DNA of 64,000 nt from NCBI GenBank assembly GCA_964605155.1, contig CAZSAK010000016.1, positions 2,935 through 66,934 on the forward strand. Direction: 5' to 3'. Positions 61,466 to 64,000 of this stretch are shown piece by piece (position 1 is the stretch's first letter; each line of letters opens with the position of its first letter). The notes under the pieces are model-generated. The model was not told the DNA's origin and ran no database searches. It was given only the letters and a program-made list of their open reading frames with translations. A program made the translations under genes and the position numbers. This DNA comes from an uncultured Chromatiaceae bacterium (GTDB taxonomy: Bacteria; Pseudomonadota; Gammaproteobacteria; SZUA-140).

Positions 61466-62332
61466 ATGAGCACCCGAAACAAGGTGGAAATGCAACCCGG
61501 CTATGTCCTCCATCACTGGCCTTATCGCGATACAAGTCTGCTGGTTGAGATATTGACACGTGATTACGGCAGGATTGGCCTGGTGGCAAGAGGTGCCAAA
61601 CGTTCAAGATCGCGTATATATGGAGTCCTGCAGCCGTTTATCCCTCTGATCGTTTCATGGACAGGTAGGGGAGACCTTGGCACCTTGACTGCTGCAGAAA
61701 CATATGGACCCATGGCATCCCTGGGCGGGCGGGGTATGATGAACGGATTTTATGTCAATGAATTATTGGTACGATTATTACATCGCCATGATCCACACCC
61801 AAAACTTTTTGAAGCATACATCGAGGTGCTGTTACGCTTGGAGGATCTGACGGGAGACAATATTTCGGGGCCGGGGCTTGATTCTGAAACAGTGATGAAC
61901 CTTCTTGAACAGCGTGCACTTCGCATATTTGAAAAGAATCTGTTGCGTGAACTGGGCTACGGACTTGTACTGGATCATGATGTCGTCACAGGACAACCTA
62001 TTTGCCAAGATGCCCGTTACGATTATCATATTGAAAAGGGTCCCATCCCCAGAGTTGGGACGACAAACTTGCCAAGATCCGGCAATCGAGATGCTGAAGT
62101 GAACAAACATGATGCAAATGATGTCATTGATCTGCGCGGTTTCAGTCTTGTCTCGTTGGCAAGAGACGAACTCGAAGATGAACTAAGCCTGCAAGACGCA
62201 AAAAGACTGATGCGGGCAGCGTTAAAAAGATACCTGGGAGATAAACCGCTAGGCAGTCGTAAGTTGTTTCGTGCCTATGTTCATGCAAATATCCAACAGA
62301 ATCCTGATATGATCGAGCATGATAATGGATAA
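61466..62332 (+). CDS. recO: DNA repair protein RecO (about 45-aa internal insertion relative to E. coli).
   Basis: N-terminal OB fold (GYVLHHWPYRDTSLLVEILTRDYGRIGLVARGAKR). Confidence 0.85.
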   Translation: MSTRNKVEMQPGYVLHHWPYRDTSLLVEILTRDYGRIGLVARGAKRSRSRIYGVLQPFIPLIVSWTGRGDLGTLTAAETYGPMASLGGRGMMNGFYVNELLVRLLHRHDPHPKLFEAYIEVLLRLEDLTGDNISGPGLDSETVMNLLEQRALRIFEKNLLRELGYGLVLDHDVVTGQPICQDARYDYHIEKGPIPRVGTTNLPRSGNRDAEVNKHDANDVIDLRGFSLVSLARDELEDELSLQDAKRLMRAALKRYLGDKPLGSRKLFRAYVHANIQQNPDMIEHDNG

Positions 62333-62379
62333 CTATTCATATCCATTAAGAAGAAACTGTAATCGCGATCAATACATCC

Positions 62380-63120
62380 ATGCCCACTGACAATACGATT
62401 CTGCTCGGAGTCAACATCGATCATGTCGCCACACTGAGACAGGCGAGGGGAACCCTTTACCCTGATCCCATACAGGCCGCAGTCGAGGCCGAACTGGCCG
62501 GGGCTGACAGCGTTACCCTGCATTTACGTGAAGACAGGCGCCATATACAGGAACGCGATGTGATATTGCTCAAGGACATCCTCCAGACGCGTATGAACCT
62601 GGAAATGGCGGTAACCGACGAGATGATCGCCATTGCCGAAAGGGTCCGTCCGCATAACTGCTGTCTGGTTCCGGAGCGGCGGGAAGAGCTGACCACCGAG
62701 GGAGGTCTGGATGTCGCCGGAAACGAGGACAGGATCAGAGAAGCATGCAATCGTCTTGCAGCTGCGGGATGTATTGTTTCCCTGTTTATCGACGCGGATA
62801 CCAGGCAAGTGGATGCCGCAGCCCGAACCGGTGCTCCCGCCATGGAGATACATACCGGTCACTATGCCGATGCAACTGATGACAAACAGCGTAGCAGTGA
62901 ATACAACAAGATCAGGGATGCGATGGCGCAGGGTGTCAATGCAGGGTTGCAAGTGAATGCAGGCCATGGTCTCAATTATCACAATGTTCAGCCCATTGCG
63001 GCGATAACATCGATAAAGGAATTGAATATCGGTCATGCAATTGTTGCACGCGCTCTGTTCACGGGCATGCAGGAAGCTGTCAGGGAGATGAAAAGATTGA
63101 TGATCGAGGCAAGGCGATGA
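62380..63120 (+). CDS. pdxJ: Pyridoxine 5'-phosphate synthase.
   Basis: [16 protein letters not shown]...HLREDRRHI. Confidence 0.9.
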   Translation: MPTDNTILLGVNIDHVATLRQARGTLYPDPIQAAVEAELAGADSVTLHLREDRRHIQERDVILLKDILQTRMNLEMAVTDEMIAIAERVRPHNCCLVPERREELTTEGGLDVAGNEDRIREACNRLAAAGCIVSLFIDADTRQVDAAARTGAPAMEIHTGHYADATDDKQRSSEYNKIRDAMAQGVNAGLQVNAGHGLNYHNVQPIAAITSIKELNIGHAIVARALFTGMQEAVREMKRLMIEARR

Positions 63121-63494
63121 TCTACGGGATAGGAGCTGATCTTGTTCGTATCAGCAGGATGCAGGAAAAGCTCGATCATTATGGCGAAAAGTTTGCGCGC
63201 CGTATTCTTACCCCGGACGAACTGGAAGAATACCTCAACCATCAGCTACCCGCATATTTTGTGGCAAAACGCTTTGCGGCCAAGGAGGCTACCGCCAAGG
63301 CGATGGGTATCGGTTTCAGCAACGGTCTCAGTTTGCGCCATATCGGAATACGGCACGATCAAAGGGGAAAACCCTATATCGAATATAATGGACGCGGCAG
63401 AGAATTGTACGATTCGCTGGGCATCACGAGCAGCCATATCAGTATCGCAGACGAACGTGATTATGCGCTTGCATTCGTAACATTAACGGCATGA
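63117..63494 (+). CDS. acpS: Holo-[acyl-carrier-protein] synthase.
   Basis: [11 protein letters not shown]...FAAKEA...LSISH/IADE motifs. Confidence 0.9.
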   Translation: MIYGIGADLVRISRMQEKLDHYGEKFARRILTPDELEEYLNHQLPAYFVAKRFAAKEATAKAMGIGFSNGLSLRHIGIRHDQRGKPYIEYNGRGRELYDSLGITSSHISIADERDYALAFVTLTA

Positions 63495-63588
63495 AAAGGC
63501 CATAAGTGATGGATTTACGGTCCAAGGTGCCTCTTATGCGCCTTGTCAGATGATGAACTATTCTGGTAATATGCGCCGCTTCAACTGG

Positions 63589-63665
<77 letters not shown>

Positions 63666-63672
63666 AATAATC

Positions 63673-63705
63673 AAGGGGTTACATCCGTGTGACCCCTTTT
63701 TCATT
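63673..63705. terminator. Rho-independent terminator hairpin between the tRNA and the integrase 3' end.
   Basis: AAGGGGT-(12-nt loop)-ACCCCTT followed by TTTTCATTT. Confidence 0.7.
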
Positions 63706-64000
63706 TCAGGCGTGTGCCAGATTTGTGTCAACATCGCGGACCAGTCTCGGTTGCGCAAGCATCTCTGCGTAGTCGGCCAGATGCTCGGACGACAAGTGCG
63801 CATAGCGTCTCACCATCTCCGCGCTTTCCCACCCACCCAGTTCCTGCAAGGCGTGCAGCGGAGTGCCGGCCTGCACATGCCAGGACGCCCATGTGTGCCG
63901 CAAGTCGTGCCAGCGGAAGTCCTGAATGCCCGCACGTTGCAGGGCAGCGCGCCAAGCCTTGGTACCCGCCTTGTGCACCGGTCGCCCCCGGAATGTAAAC
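63706..64000 (-). CDS. int: Tyrosine-type site-specific recombinase/phage integrase, C-terminal catalytic part (N-terminus beyond the window).
   Basis: ...FRWHDLRHTWASWHVQAGTPLHALQELGGWES.EMVRRYAHLS contains the R-H-R-Y catalytic signature region (HxLRHT, LGH-like, YAH). The frame stays open to the window edge. Confidence 0.8.
   Translation of the reverse strand, partial: FTFRGRPVHKAGTKAWRAALQRAGIQDFRWHDLRHTWASWHVQAGTPLHALQELGGWESAEMVRRYAHLSSEHLADYAEMLAQPRLVRDVDTNLAHA

Larger units (their letters stand above)
63666..64000. mobile_element. Start of a tRNA-fMet-associated integrated element (genomic island or prophage); only the first about 300 bp are in the window.
   Basis: tRNA 3' end, terminator and integrase are juxtaposed. 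Base composition shifts abruptly to visibly higher GC from about 63710 onward. Confidence 0.6.

Overview
This 64-kb window is a chromosomal segment from a gammaproteobacterium. GC content is roughly 48% by eye and gene order resembles Pseudomonas/Xanthomonas, with no rRNA genes or CRISPR arrays seen. It splits into a conserved housekeeping half and a more accessory half.

Conserved half (about 39.6-63.5 kb): recJ; prfB with its canonical programmed +1 frameshift; lysS; an HDOD protein; ygfZ; sdhCDAB-sdhE-ygfX; nadB; rpoE-rseABC-degP/mucD; lepA-lepB-DUF4845-rnc-era-recO-pdxJ-acpS. It ends in an initiator tRNA-fMet, a bidirectional terminator hairpin and the 3' end of a tyrosine-integrase gene in visibly GC-richer DNA, which is the start of an integrated element running off the window.

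Accessory half (1-39.5 kb):
- Two paralogous tripartite ABC/MacAB-like efflux modules, one with two distinct FtsX permeases, plus a CDF transporter.
- A truncated amino-acid-permease remnant.
- An HD-GYP protein, two HDOD proteins and a PilZ protein (c-di-GMP signalling).
- Adjacent secreted Sel1-repeat and ankyrin-repeat proteins.
- An alpha/beta-hydrolase-OsmC fusion.
- A tiny Met-rich repeat lipoprotein convergent with periplasmic msrB (Tat signal) and msrA (Sec signal), sharing one terminator hairpin.
- rimO, slyD, a GIY-YIG protein and pldA.
- An operon of an atypical RIO/Kdo-like protein kinase plus a PP2C phosphatase.
- Rhomboid protease, GGCT, a cysH-like PAPS reductase and the mtnBDC methionine-salvage genes.
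- An AT-rich island of small hypothetical proteins containing an orphan ParF-like ATPase.
- Dodecin, ppiC and a type IV pilus minor-pilin cluster that lacks pilY1.

The strongest candidates for something undescribed are the Met-rich lipoprotein with periplasmic MsrAB, the orphan ParF-like module, the minimal kinase/PP2C pair and the tRNA-fMet island boundary.
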